A stretch of DNA of 64,000 bases from Candidatus Oxydemutator sp. (GTDB lineage Bacteria > Pseudomonadota > Gammaproteobacteria > Poriferisulfidales > Oxydemutatoraceae). This document shows, one piece after another, positions 11,601 through 20,223 of this stretch. The DNA is taken from assembly GCA_965203445.1 (NCBI GenBank), contig OZ241883.1:1504001-1568000 (forward strand), in the 5' to 3' direction. The position numbers were made by a program, and so were the translations under genes. Numbering within the stretch: the first letter of the stretch is position 1; the number at the start of each line of letters is the position of its first letter. The notes under the pieces are model-generated. The model did no database searches, was not told where the DNA came from, and was given only the letters and a program-made list of their open reading frames with translations.

Positions 11601-11751
11601 CTATGCGGCCGTGGTGTACGTAGTCGGCAAGACCACGCGCCTCGACGAGGCGGTGGACAGGAGCGTCGCGCTGAACTATACGCTGACCGGCACCTGGGAA
11701 GACCCCAAGGTGGATTTCGTCGGCGTGCCGGGGGCACCCCCGGCGCCGTAA
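8590..11751 (+). CDS. yhdP: YhdP-like AsmA-family phospholipid bridge protein (shortened; start uncertain, 8590-8605)
   Basis: N-terminal TM anchor, WLRRALRAG motif, LAVDLPSPLGK, C-terminal LLGLLN...LDFRDVFNKG...YTLTGTWEDP. Confidence 0.82.
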   Translation: MARRDLIAAARKAAYPALCALAAALVLLAALSVAARWLLADADDYRDEFAAIVGDALGVELEVAGLRARPRGRGLTVTASGLVLRSAPLPMSMREATVEFDLLRSLFSMRPRISAVRAAGATLDLAAPDARLSGALVAALFGDDGAGVTPPDLYIEDALVRWRDTVTGETRRFENARFALHRTGFSGGGLRALIETDLPPALGRRLRLVFDVPDVAVSASASFHADLDAVEIGGGCELATGERCWEGRVSGKLWGAVDRGDVRLGWSEALLQPGAADAPAFPLGGNARWSGAGRRSSFVLTLADLPLAHVPAWLPAETLPPRFAAWLRRALRAGRVARARVSFAGAPADFSFVEDVRVSADITGAEVDYRKGRPSLRDVDARVVFEGGALRVSASRVQILDTRSDHAVVTIADVRRPLLSVDARARGPLADVLSYLRVIGLFDAYGVTTAHLTASGDSRLRLIVKTPLDREVEHATLVEGTLDFEGSGLSFPALRFGFDDVRGSLAFDRDGGRADEIEAEWRSHPVAIRARTTDGGTLVAVGAKFAPYPAFADLAPAFADFVSGEARWNAEVFIPNPGRRPAPAGGATFGVRLTSDLRGLAVDLPSPLGKGGGETRPLLFETGLGASSWRAAYGGLHVASSGVGAARRGALEPAATLNVRGVVEERTDFGEWMRWWRMHGDDVGDGGFAPPEALHLVFRRAAVGGEALGTMELKTMRARDGQLKLHLDSAPIRGEMAFAKAGATAPRVYVDLARLHLTGAMFEGPSSELPDPAALPPLALKIGEFRMDGIAADDLRVVTNPAGPGMEISKASFRSLEDGRAITDVSLAGSWIGGDNPRSDVEFSLASEDYGSLLRLWGFRTGLRGGRGEVRGRVAWNDDLPRFGLDKIEGDVAIALRDGTVETVEPGVGKLLGLLNISEIAQRFTLDFRDVFNKGLVFEDLRGDLSFGGGNMTTDNFTVESSSLDMTIRGRTGIAARDYDQRIEVVPHVSTAVPLLSALVAGPVYAAVVYVVGKTTRLDEAVDRSVALNYTLTGTWEDPKVDFVGVPGAPPAP

Positions 11752-11762
11752 GGACTCTGGTC

Positions 11763-11900
11763 GGGAACGCCGTGGGGGCGTTCCCTTACCGGTCGCCCCG
11801 CCATGTAGCCCTCTCCGGTTGGGAGGCGCAGCAACCGGCCAAGCGTCAGGGTTCCCCTACTGGTCGCCCCGCCATGTAGCCCTCTCCCCCTAGGAGAGGG
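11763..11900. repeat. REP-like cluster: GGGAACGCC-GTGGG-GGCGTTCCC hairpin, a ~36-bp direct repeat and a CCCTCTCC..GGAGAGGG hairpin
   Basis: Hairpin at 11763-11785; TTCCCYTACYGGTCGCCCCGCCATGTAGCCCTCTCC at 11781 and 11852; lies between convergent genes. Confidence 0.85.
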
Positions 11901-11905
11901 CGGGC

Positions 11906-12568
11906 CTACTCCCTGTGCATCGCCGAGAACAGGTTCAGCAGGTGCACGAACAGCACGTAGATGTTGGCGTACAGCGACACCGTCATGACCACGTAGTTGG
12001 TCTCGCCGCCGTGCACCATGCGGCTGGTGTCGAACAGAATCATGCCCGACATCAGGATCACCGCGACCGCCGAAATCGTCAGCGACAGCGCCGGTATCGC
12101 AAGGAACAAGTTGGCGACGATGGCCAGCAGCACGACGATCAGGCCGACGAACAGGAAGCCGCGCATAAAGCTGAAATCGCGCTGCGTCGCCAGCGCGTAG
12201 AGCGACAGCCCGGTGAACATCACCGCGGTCGTTGCGAACGCCGAGGCCACGATCTGCGGCCCATTGGACAGCCCCAGATACAGCGTCAGAATCGGCCCCA
12301 GCACGTAGCCCATGAAGCCGGTGAACAGAAAAGTCAGCGGCAGCGCCCAGACGCCGTTGCGCAGGCGGTGTATCACGAACGGCATGCCGATGAAGACCGC
12401 AAGCATGATGAACCAGTTGACTGGACGGGCGCCGCTGGCCATCGCAAAGCCGGCGGTCGCGGCGCTGGTCAGCAGCGTCAGCGTCAGCAGCAGGTAGGCG
12501 TTGCGTATGACCCGGTTGGTCGCCAGCGCCGGGAATTGCGCGCGTGAACGTGAAATGGCTTGTTCCAT
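11906..12568 (-). CDS. yccA: Bax inhibitor-1/YccA family membrane protein
   Basis: ATNRVIRNAYLLL, DFSFM, ILFDTS...GGETNYV...LY; about 7 TM segments; SD GAGGA before ATG 12568. Confidence 0.9.
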   Translation of the reverse strand: MEQAISRSRAQFPALATNRVIRNAYLLLTLTLLTSAATAGFAMASGARPVNWFIMLAVFIGMPFVIHRLRNGVWALPLTFLFTGFMGYVLGPILTLYLGLSNGPQIVASAFATTAVMFTGLSLYALATQRDFSFMRGFLFVGLIVVLLAIVANLFLAIPALSLTISAVAVILMSGMILFDTSRMVHGGETNYVVMTVSLYANIYVLFVHLLNLFSAMHRE

Positions 12569-12909
12569 CGGGGATTCCTCCATTGTGTCCAGATTGCGAC
12601 CCTATTATAGCCTATCCCGCGCCTCACGTTCGGCGCGGGCGCTGCGGCTTGCGCGCCACGGCTGACGGGTGCCGGCCTGATCGGCGCGACCCGTCTTTTG
12701 ACGACGCCCTGGCGCGCTCTGCAAAAGCGCTACGTCGCTTGCAGGGATAGTCGGCGCATAGCAAAGGGTATCGCGACCTTCGCCAATGGCAGCGATTGAA
12801 ATTCCCAATGACACGCGCTACTGCCTGATCGCTCGGGTGATGGTCTTATGTTGTTGATATTCATTATTATTCGGTTCTCGTCGCCGAGAGCGGCAGGATA
12901 TTTTGTTGC

Positions 12910-12937
12910 TTGACATGGTCTGCTGTACGTATAGCAT
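12910..12937 (+). promoter_or_regulatory. Putative sigma70 promoter of xoxF
   Basis: TTGACA (12910-12915)-N16-TAGCAT (12932-12937) in an AT-rich intergenic region. Confidence 0.5.
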
Positions 12938-13034
12938 TGCGTGTATCTGAAGATCGTCTTGGCAAAGCGAGAGACAACGCTTGCCTTCCCTGACGACCGA
13001 CGGATTTTACATTTTCAACCTGGGAGGAAATGGA

Positions 13035-14840
13035 ATGCAAGGGAAATCAACTTTTGCCTTGGTTTCAGCATTGGCGGCCATGGTCGCGTTTTCAACCGCG
13101 CAGGCAAACAGCAAACTGATGAGGATGTCCGAGGACGCCAATCAGTGGGTGATGCCGACGGGGAACTACGCCAACCACCGCTACTCGGAACTGAAGCAAA
13201 TCGATACCAAAAACGTCAAGAATCTGAAAGTCGCATGGACTTTCTCGACGGGCGTGCTTCGCGGACACGAGGGCAATCCTCTGGTCGTCGGAGACATGAT
13301 GTACGTTCATACACCGTTCCCGAACAAAGTGTTCGCGTTGGATCTTAGCAAAGACGCGAGCATAGTCTGGGAGTATCATCCGAAGCAGGACCCGGCGACG
13401 ATTCCGGTCATGTGCTGTGACACCGTCAACCGCGGCGTCGCCTATGCCGACGGCAAGATCTTCTTGTATCAGGCGGATGCGACGTTGGTCGCGTTGGACG
13501 CCAAGAGCGGCAAGAAGGTTTGGAGCGCCAGCAACGGCGACATCTCCAAGGGCCAAACCGGCACTTCGGCGCCTATGGTCGTCGCGGACAAAGTCTACGT
13601 CGGCATCAGCGGCGGCGAATTTGGCGTTCGCGGCCATTTGACCGCGTACGACACCAAAACCGGCAAGCAAGTCTGGCGCGGCTATTCGATGGGCCCCGAC
13701 TCCGATACCCTGATGGGAGCGGACACCACGCACCTCGGCAAGTCCGTGGGCAAGGATTCCGGTCTTACCACCTGGGAAGGAGATCAGTGGAAGATCGGCG
13801 GCGGCACGACCTGGGGCTGGTATTCGTACGACCCCGACCTGAACCTGGTGTACTACGGCACGGGCAACCCGAGCACGTGGAACCCGGTGCAGCGTCCCGG
13901 CGACAACCGCTGGTCCATGACCATCTTTGCGCGCGACGCCGACACCGGCCACGCCAAGTGGGTCTATCAGATGACGCCCCACGACGAGTGGGACTACGAC
14001 GGCATCAACGAGATGATCCTGGCCGACATCAAGGTGCGCGGCAAGGATCGCAAGGTGCTGGTGCACTTTGACCGCAACGGCTTCGCCTACACGATGGATC
14101 GGGTCTCCGGCGAACTGCTGGTCGCCGAGAAGTTCGACGACGTGGTCAACTGGGCGACCGGCATAGACATGAAGACCGGGCGTCCGATGATGGTCAACAA
14201 GTACCGCACCGAGTTCAACGGCGAGGACGTGCTGTCCACCGACATCTGCCCGGCCGCGCTGGGGACGAAAGACCAGCAGCCGGCGGCGTTTTCACCGATG
14301 ACCGGCCTGTTCTACGTGCCCACCAACCACGTGTGCATGAACTACGAGCCGTTCCGCGTCAGCTACACGGCGGGCCAGCCGTACGTGGGCGCCAACCTGG
14401 ACATGTTCCCGGCGCCGACCAAGCCCGGCGCCACTGATCGCGGCCCCCACATGGGCCGGTTCATCGCCTGGGACGCCGACAAAGGCAAGGAAGTGTGGGC
14501 GATAGACGAGAAGTTCTCGGTCTGGAGCGGCGCGCTTGCGACCGCCGGAGGCGTGGTCTTCTACGGTACGTTGGAGGGTCATCTGAAGGCGGTGGACGCG
14601 AACAGCGGCAAAGAGCTGTACAGCTTCAAGACCCCTTCCGGCATTATCGGCAACGTCATGACCTACATGCACGGCGGCAAGCAATACGTCGGTATCTATT
14701 CGGGTATCGGCGGTTGGGCCGGGATCGGCATGGCCGCGGGTCTGACCGGCGACCGCGACGGACTGGGTGCCGTGGGTGGCTACCGTCACCTGCAGAACTA
14801 CACCCGTCTGGGTGGTACTTTGATGGTCTTTTCGCTGTAA
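13035..14840 (+). CDS. xoxF: Lanthanide-dependent PQQ methanol dehydrogenase XoxF (probably XoxF5-type)
   Basis: Signal peptide, MCCDTVNRG vicinal disulfide, [21 protein letters not shown] with the extra Asp; no mxaI; SD GGGAGG. Confidence 0.96.
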   Translation: MQGKSTFALVSALAAMVAFSTAQANSKLMRMSEDANQWVMPTGNYANHRYSELKQIDTKNVKNLKVAWTFSTGVLRGHEGNPLVVGDMMYVHTPFPNKVFALDLSKDASIVWEYHPKQDPATIPVMCCDTVNRGVAYADGKIFLYQADATLVALDAKSGKKVWSASNGDISKGQTGTSAPMVVADKVYVGISGGEFGVRGHLTAYDTKTGKQVWRGYSMGPDSDTLMGADTTHLGKSVGKDSGLTTWEGDQWKIGGGTTWGWYSYDPDLNLVYYGTGNPSTWNPVQRPGDNRWSMTIFARDADTGHAKWVYQMTPHDEWDYDGINEMILADIKVRGKDRKVLVHFDRNGFAYTMDRVSGELLVAEKFDDVVNWATGIDMKTGRPMMVNKYRTEFNGEDVLSTDICPAALGTKDQQPAAFSPMTGLFYVPTNHVCMNYEPFRVSYTAGQPYVGANLDMFPAPTKPGATDRGPHMGRFIAWDADKGKEVWAIDEKFSVWSGALATAGGVVFYGTLEGHLKAVDANSGKELYSFKTPSGIIGNVMTYMHGGKQYVGIYSGIGGWAGIGMAAGLTGDRDGLGAVGGYRHLQNYTRLGGTLMVFSL

Positions 14841-14868
14841 GCTTGTAACTTGTAGCGTTGTGGTTAAC

Positions 14869-14908
14869 CAGCCCCCGGAGCGCTTGCGGTTCGGGGGCTG
14901 AATTTTTT
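14869..14908 (+). terminator. Rho-independent terminator/attenuator between xoxF and the cytochrome gene
   Basis: CAGCCCCCG...CGGGGGCTG stem followed by AATTTTTT. Confidence 0.75.
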
Positions 14909-14916
14909 GGAGACCG

Positions 14917-15396
14917 GTGTTTTCGAGGATACAGCAGGGCGTGTTGCGCACGCTTGCGGTGATCGCCTTCGCGGTTTTGCCGGCGGCGGCCGTGGGCGCC
15001 GATGCCGAGCAGCAGAAACCGTACCTGGTGCACGCCGACGGCAAGGTGAATTGGCCTACGTTCAGCGGCTACCGGCGCTATCACGCGGAGTGCCACGTCT
15101 GTCACGGGCCCGGCGGTCTGGGCAGTTCGTTTGCGCCCAATCTGCTGGATTCGATGAAAAATCTGAGTTACGAACAATATCTGGAAGTGGTCGTCAACGG
15201 CAGGGTCAACGTGGGCACCGCGGTACAAAACGTGATGCCGGGGTTTGCGACCAACTTGAACGTCATGTGTTTCGTGGACGACATCTACGCGTATCTGATG
15301 GCGCGCGCGGACGGCGCCATCGGCATGGATCGTCCAAAGCATACCGGCAAGCCGCCGCAGGCGAGGGAGCGCGAAAAAGCCTGTTTTGGCGATTGA
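14917..15396 (+). CDS. xoxG: Methanol-oxidation c-type cytochrome (XoxG/c553i-like, four-Cys type)
   Basis: Signal peptide, CHVCH heme motif, VMPGF, two extra Cys (MCFVDDIY, KACFG); lies between xoxF and xoxJ. Confidence 0.82.
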   Translation: MFSRIQQGVLRTLAVIAFAVLPAAAVGADAEQQKPYLVHADGKVNWPTFSGYRRYHAECHVCHGPGGLGSSFAPNLLDSMKNLSYEQYLEVVVNGRVNVGTAVQNVMPGFATNLNVMCFVDDIYAYLMARADGAIGMDRPKHTGKPPQAREREKACFGD

Positions 15397-16223
15397 TGAG
15401 AACGTCCGTTGCGCCGGCGTGTCTGTTCGTCGGTTTTGCGATTCTGACGAGTAGTGCGCCGACGGCGCATGCCGCCGACGGCGGCACCGAAGTGGAGGAA
15501 CGCACGGTGCTGCGGGTTTGCGCCGACCCCAACGGCCTGCCTTATTCGAGCAGGGTCGAGGCCGGGTTCGAGAACAAAATAGCCGAATGGATCGCCGCGG
15601 ATCTCGGTATTCCGCTTTCCTATTACTGGTTTCCGCAAAGCATGGGCTTTGTGCGCACGACGCTTACCGCCAGGCGTTGTGATCTCGTCGTCGGCGTCTC
15701 GGCGGCCAATGAATTGTTGCTGAATACCAACCCCTACTACTCCTCGGCCTTTGCGCTGGTCTATCCGGCAAACGCGGGCCACAAGATGGTCTCGCTGGCG
15801 GACGCCAAATGGAAGAACCGGAAACTGCGCATCGGCTTGATCGCGGGCACGCCGCCGACCGGCCTGCTGCTCGAACACGGATTGATGGAACAGGTCGCCC
15901 CCTACCACCTGGTCGTGGACACGCGCGTGGATTCGCCGTCGGAGCAGATCGTCAAGGACCTGCTGGCCGGGAAATTGGACGCCGCCGTTTTGTGGGGGCC
16001 GCTCGCGGGCTATCTCGACAAACGCCACGGTTCGCGTCTGCGGATCGTGCCCCTGATCGCGGATCACTCGGAGAAACACCGCATGATCTACCGCATCACG
16101 ATGGGCGTCAGGGCCGGCGAGATACGCTGGAAGCGCAGGCTGAACCGGTTCATCCGCAAGAATCGGGAGAAGATGCACGCGCTCATGCGCGAATACGGCG
16201 TGCCCCTGGTCGAGGGGCCATGA
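15396..16223 (+). CDS. xoxJ: XoxJ/MxaJ-family periplasmic binding protein
   Basis: LRVCADPNGLPYS, GFENKIA, GFVRTTL..RRCD, TNPYY, LWGPLAGY, ITMGVR; TGATG coupling. Confidence 0.92.
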   Translation: MRTSVAPACLFVGFAILTSSAPTAHAADGGTEVEERTVLRVCADPNGLPYSSRVEAGFENKIAEWIAADLGIPLSYYWFPQSMGFVRTTLTARRCDLVVGVSAANELLLNTNPYYSSAFALVYPANAGHKMVSLADAKWKNRKLRIGLIAGTPPTGLLLEHGLMEQVAPYHLVVDTRVDSPSEQIVKDLLAGKLDAAVLWGPLAGYLDKRHGSRLRIVPLIADHSEKHRMIYRITMGVRAGEIRWKRRLNRFIRKNREKMHALMREYGVPLVEGP

Positions 16224-16792
16224 TCGCCGCGCCCGTCGCCGTCGTCGTCGCCGCGAGCATGGCCGCGCTTCAAGTCGCGGCGGCGTCCGGCGTCGTCGCG
16301 GAACCGGACGGCTACCGCATGGGCGATTACCGCTCGCCGGTGCCCGCGACCCTGCGCGGTGCCACCGTGGTCGACGCCGAGTCCTTGCGCGCGCTGATCG
16401 AGGGCGGCGCCGACGTCGCGCTGATCGACGTCCTGCCGCGCGACCGCAGGCCCGACGATTTCCCCGCCGACCGTCTGTGGCGCCCGCCGACGCGCCACCA
16501 TCTGCCGAACAGCGTGTGGCTGCCGAACGTCGGCTACGGCAGGCTGTCGGAGGCGTACGAGCGTTATTTCATGGACAACCTCGAGAAATTGACCAACCAT
16601 CGCGCCGGGAGAATCCTCGTCTTTTATTGCGACGCCGACTGCTGGATGTCGTGGAACGCGGCCAAGAGAGCGGTCGAGTTCGGTTTTCGCGAAGTCCACT
16701 GGTTTCCGGGCGGGGTGGATGAATGGGGGCGGATGGGTTATAAATTGATTGCCGGCAGCGCCGTCGAGATGCCCGCGGCCGTCGAGGAATAA
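16220..16792 (+). CDS. PQQ-catabolism-associated CxxCW rhodanese-like protein (XoxI-like)
   Basis: EPDGYRMGDYRSPVPATL, WLPNVGYG, FYCDADCWMSWNAAKRA. Confidence 0.88.
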   Translation: MIAAPVAVVVAASMAALQVAAASGVVAEPDGYRMGDYRSPVPATLRGATVVDAESLRALIEGGADVALIDVLPRDRRPDDFPADRLWRPPTRHHLPNSVWLPNVGYGRLSEAYERYFMDNLEKLTNHRAGRILVFYCDADCWMSWNAAKRAVEFGFREVHWFPGGVDEWGRMGYKLIAGSAVEMPAAVEE

Positions 16793-16804
16793 CGGGGAAT
16801 CGCC

Positions 16805-17527
16805 GTGACAAAACTCCCGCCGTTGCGCGCGCTCGCGCTCGCGCTCGCGCTCGTGCTCGCGCCGGGCGCGCCGGCGCAGGACGACGCGGGCGGCTACACC
16901 CGCGAGCAGCGCTTGTTGTTCGACACGCCGCACCTGGACAACGTGCGCGCGCGCGCCTCGCTGTATTATGATTTTCACCAGCACGGCAGCACCGCCGAGG
17001 TCATCGAGGATCGGGAAATCCTGCTGGAGATCACCGATGTGTCCGAGCGCGGCATGAATCTCGAAACGGCTTTTTTGGACGCCGCCGGAAACAGAACCTA
17101 CGCGGTCGAGAATTTTCGCGGCAACCCGATACTGATGTTTTTCCTCGAATGGGACGTGGGCAAGATGGATGACGCCAGCGTCGTCAGCCGCCACCACTTC
17201 CGCCACTTGCTGCGCAACGCGTTCCGCGACGCCGGAAGCGAGAAAGTCACGTTCGCCTACGGCGGGCGCGACGTTAACGGGCACAAGGTGTCGTTTGACC
17301 CGCTGGCCTCGAAGAAGGGCGACCCGAAATACAAAAATTATCCGGCCAAACGCTATGAGTTCATCATAGCCGACGACGTCCCCGGCGGCGTCTATAGCAT
17401 CGCCACGCGGATACCGGCGCCGACGGCGAAAGGCGAGGTGCTGGAATATACCGAGATGAAGTTCAACCGCATCGAACCGGCGGCGGCGTTCGCCGGCCCC
17501 CAATCGGGCGCGGCGCGCCCGCGGTGA
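16805..17527 (+). CDS. Hypothetical exported protein of the xox cluster
   Basis: Signal peptide, LLFDTPHL and GNPILMFFLE blocks, host-like codon usage. Confidence 0.7.
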   Translation: MTKLPPLRALALALALVLAPGAPAQDDAGGYTREQRLLFDTPHLDNVRARASLYYDFHQHGSTAEVIEDREILLEITDVSERGMNLETAFLDAAGNRTYAVENFRGNPILMFFLEWDVGKMDDASVVSRHHFRHLLRNAFRDAGSEKVTFAYGGRDVNGHKVSFDPLASKKGDPKYKNYPAKRYEFIIADDVPGGVYSIATRIPAPTAKGEVLEYTEMKFNRIEPAAAFAGPQSGAARPR

Positions 17528-17531
17528 TCGC

Positions 17532-17894
17532 GTGACGGCGTCTTGCACAAACCGTCTCGCGCGTGCGCCGCGCACGGCCGTTCTGATAGTCGCTCTCGCG
17601 CTGGGCGCGCCCGCCGCGGCCAACGACTTTCCGACCAGGGCGCGCGCCGAGTACGTGTTCGCCTGCATGAGCGCCAACGGCCAGTCCATGGAGATCCTGG
17701 ACAAGTGTTCGTGCAGCATAGACGTGATCGCCGGGCAGATGAAATACGAAGACTACGTGGACGCGGAGACCGCGATCAGGATGCGCCAGTTGCGCGGCGA
17801 CCGCGCGGGCATATTTCGCAGCGCCGAGTGGGCCAGGCGGGCCGTGGACAGGTTCCAGGCGGCACAGGTCGAAGCGGAGGTGCGCTGCTTTTGA
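17532..17894 (+). CDS. Hypothetical exported four-Cys protein (NDFPT...CM...CSCSID...RCF)
   Basis: Signal peptide ending AAA; the Cys pattern resembles one recalled from methylotroph xox/ped neighbourhoods. Confidence 0.72.
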   Translation: MTASCTNRLARAPRTAVLIVALALGAPAAANDFPTRARAEYVFACMSANGQSMEILDKCSCSIDVIAGQMKYEDYVDAETAIRMRQLRGDRAGIFRSAEWARRAVDRFQAAQVEAEVRCF

Positions 17895-18073
17895 GAGGGA
17901 CACGCACAAACGCCTGATTCGCATGGTATTTTGGCAGTATCCCATTGCCAAATCGGAAGGTATAGATTGGAAATTCCAATATATTTTTTGCTTGACACGT
18001 GATAATATGGCGGCGTGCTTGGGCACAAAAGCTAATTAGCAAAACCTTTATCGTATTCAGGAGGTATCTACTG

Positions 18074-18157
18074 ATGAAAGAATGGAAAACACCTTTGATC
18101 AGGGAAGTTTCAGTAGGCATGGAAATCAACTGCTATGCCTGCGCGGAAATTTCCTGA
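18074..18157 (+). CDS. pqqA: PQQ precursor peptide PqqA (MKEWKTPLIREVSVGMEINCYACAEIS)
   Basis: Read manually: SD CAGGAGG, W-x-x-P, E-x-x-x-Y core (EINCY); directly upstream of pqqB. Confidence 0.93.
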   Translation: MKEWKTPLIREVSVGMEINCYACAEIS

Positions 18158-18242
18158 TATACATAGATAGAAAATCAATACTTGGGTTTTCCCCCTTTCG
18201 GCACGCTGAACTTTGGGATAGAAACGGTGACTTTCGGATCTG

Positions 18243-19172
18243 ATGCGTATCATCGTTCTAGGTTCCGCGGCCGGGGGGGGATTCCCGCAATGGAACTGCA
18301 ATTCTGAATACTGCCGCCTCGCGCGAAGCGGCAGCCCCCAAGCCCCCCAACGAACCCAATCCTCGCTCGCCGTCACCGCCGACGGGGAGCGCTACGTCCT
18401 GCTCAACTGCTCGCCCGACCTGCGCCAGCAGCTGACTCAGACCGAGGCGCTGCATCCGCGCGCCGGCTTGCGCGACAGCCCGGTCAAGGCCGTGGTCCTG
18501 ACCAACGGCGACGTCGACCACGTGGCCGGCCTGCTGACGATGCGCGAGAGCGAGCCTTTCAGTATCTACGCTTCCGACCGGGTGCGGCAGATCCTGAACA
18601 CCAACTCGATATTCAACGTGCTGAACCCGGAGTACGTGCGCCGCCACACGTTCGCGCTGTCGCGCCCGTTTCGCCCGGCCGATGCCGCCGGCCGCGACCT
18701 GGGGCTTACCGTCGAGGCTTTTGCGGTGCCGGGCAAGGTCGCGCTGTTTTTGGAGGACGCGAGCGGCGGCGACAACTTCGGCACGCGCGAGGGCGACACG
18801 GTCGGCCTGCACGTCCAGGATTCCGAGCAAGGCGCATCCTTTTACTATATTCCCGGCTGCGCGCGCCTGGACGACGCGCTGCGCCGGCGCCTTGACGGCG
18901 CCGGCCTGCTGTTTTTCGACGGCACGCTGTTTCGAGACGACGAGATGATCACGATGGGCGTCGGCAAAAAAACCGGGGCGCGCATGGGGCACATCAGCAT
19001 GGACGGCGACGCCGGTTCGCTGGCGGCGTTTCGCAACCTGCGCGTCGCGCGCAAAATCTACGTCCACGTCAACAACACCAACCCGGTGCTGCTCGAGAAC
19101 TCGCGCGAACGCAGGACGGTCGAGGACGCCGGCTGGAGCGTCGCCCGCGACGGGCAGGTGATAGAACCGTGA
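18243..19172 (+). CDS. pqqB: PQQ biosynthesis protein PqqB
   Basis: LGSAAGGGFPQWNC, RTQSS, LTNGDVDHVAGLLTMRE, MGH, HVNNTNP. Confidence 0.97.
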   Translation: MRIIVLGSAAGGGFPQWNCNSEYCRLARSGSPQAPQRTQSSLAVTADGERYVLLNCSPDLRQQLTQTEALHPRAGLRDSPVKAVVLTNGDVDHVAGLLTMRESEPFSIYASDRVRQILNTNSIFNVLNPEYVRRHTFALSRPFRPADAAGRDLGLTVEAFAVPGKVALFLEDASGGDNFGTREGDTVGLHVQDSEQGASFYYIPGCARLDDALRRRLDGAGLLFFDGTLFRDDEMITMGVGKKTGARMGHISMDGDAGSLAAFRNLRVARKIYVHVNNTNPVLLENSRERRTVEDAGWSVARDGQVIEP

Positions 19173-19915
19173 GCGGGCTTCCCGGCGAAATGCTTGCGCG
19201 CGCCGAACTCGAGCGGCGCCTGCGCGCGATCGGCGAATCCTACTATCACGACAAACATCCGTTTCATCGTCTGCTGCACGCGGGCAAACTCGAGCGCGGG
19301 CAGGTGCAGGCGTGGGCCCTGAACCGCTACTGTTATCAGGCGGCGATCCCGATCAAGGACGCGCGCCTGATGGCGCGTCTGCCGCACCAGGATTTGCGCC
19401 GCGAGTGGCGCCGGCGCATCAGCGATCACGACGGCGACGAACCGGGCGCCGGCGGCATCGAGCGCTGGCTCAGACTGACCGACGGCTTGGGCCTTGCGCG
19501 CGATTACGTGACGTCGCGCGCCGGCGCGCTGCCGGCGACGAAGTTCGCGGTCGACGCCTACGTGCACTTCGTCTCGGAAATGCCGCTGATCGAGGCCGTG
19601 GCCTCGTCGCTGACCGAGATATTCTCGCCCGTGATCATCGCCGAAAGAATGTCCGGAATGCTCGCCAATTACGATTTCATCACCGAGGAGACCATGGCCT
19701 ATTTCAAGCCGCGCCTGACGCAGGCGCGCCGCGACGTTGATTTCGCGCTGGCCTACGTCCTCGACCACGCGCAAACGCCGGAGCGACAGCGCGGCGTGCT
19801 GCGCGCGCTGCGCTTCAAGTGCGACGTGTTGTGGAGCCAGCTGGACGCGCTGTATTTCGCGTACGTCGAGCCGCGCCTGGTGCCGCCGGATTGTTTTGTT
19901 CCCGATGGACGCTGA
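19169..19915 (+). CDS. pqqC: PQQ synthase PqqC
   Basis: YHDKHPFH, WALNRYCYQ, IPIKDA, RISDHDG, SSLTE, FKCDVLWSQLDAL. Confidence 0.97.
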   Translation: MSGLPGEMLARAELERRLRAIGESYYHDKHPFHRLLHAGKLERGQVQAWALNRYCYQAAIPIKDARLMARLPHQDLRREWRRRISDHDGDEPGAGGIERWLRLTDGLGLARDYVTSRAGALPATKFAVDAYVHFVSEMPLIEAVASSLTEIFSPVIIAERMSGMLANYDFITEETMAYFKPRLTQARRDVDFALAYVLDHAQTPERQRGVLRALRFKCDVLWSQLDALYFAYVEPRLVPPDCFVPDGR

Positions 19916-19917
19916 AA

Positions 19918-20223
19918 ATGGACACTGAAAAGCCGGCCCGCAAACGCGCGCTCGTATCGCCCGAGTCTATGCCGTCGCTGCCGCCGCACGTCAGGCTGCA
20001 CCACGACAAGACGCGCGACCGCTGGGTGCTGCTGGCGCCGGAGCGCCTGCTGGAACCGGACGAGGCGGCGCTTGCGATCCTGCGCCTGTGCGACGGCGAG
20101 AAGACGCTGCGCACCATCGCGCGCGCCCTGGCCCAGTCCTATAATGCGTCCGAGGATCTGATATTGGACGACGTCAAGTCGCTGATCCAGGATCTCGCCG
20201 ACAAGGACTTCATACGGATATGA
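19918..20223 (+). CDS. pqqD: PqqA chaperone PqqD
   Basis: WVLLAPER, ILRLCDGEKT; lies between pqqC and pqqE. Confidence 0.93.
   Translation: MDTEKPARKRALVSPESMPSLPPHVRLHHDKTRDRWVLLAPERLLEPDEAALAILRLCDGEKTLRTIARALAQSYNASEDLILDDVKSLIQDLADKDFIRI

Noticed and set aside
12584-13034. tRNA or riboswitch at the island's left border
   Set aside because: No cloverleaf, T-loop/CCA or recognisable riboswitch consensus seen by eye; an Rfam/Infernal scan would be needed to exclude a novel RNA
13035-14840. Calcium-dependent MxaF
   Set aside because: It has D-Y-D rather than D-x-A, and there is no mxaI or mxaACKLD
17930-17952. Sigma-54 promoter before pqqA
   Set aside because: GG-to-GC spacing is 12 nt rather than the required 10; treated as a palindrome instead
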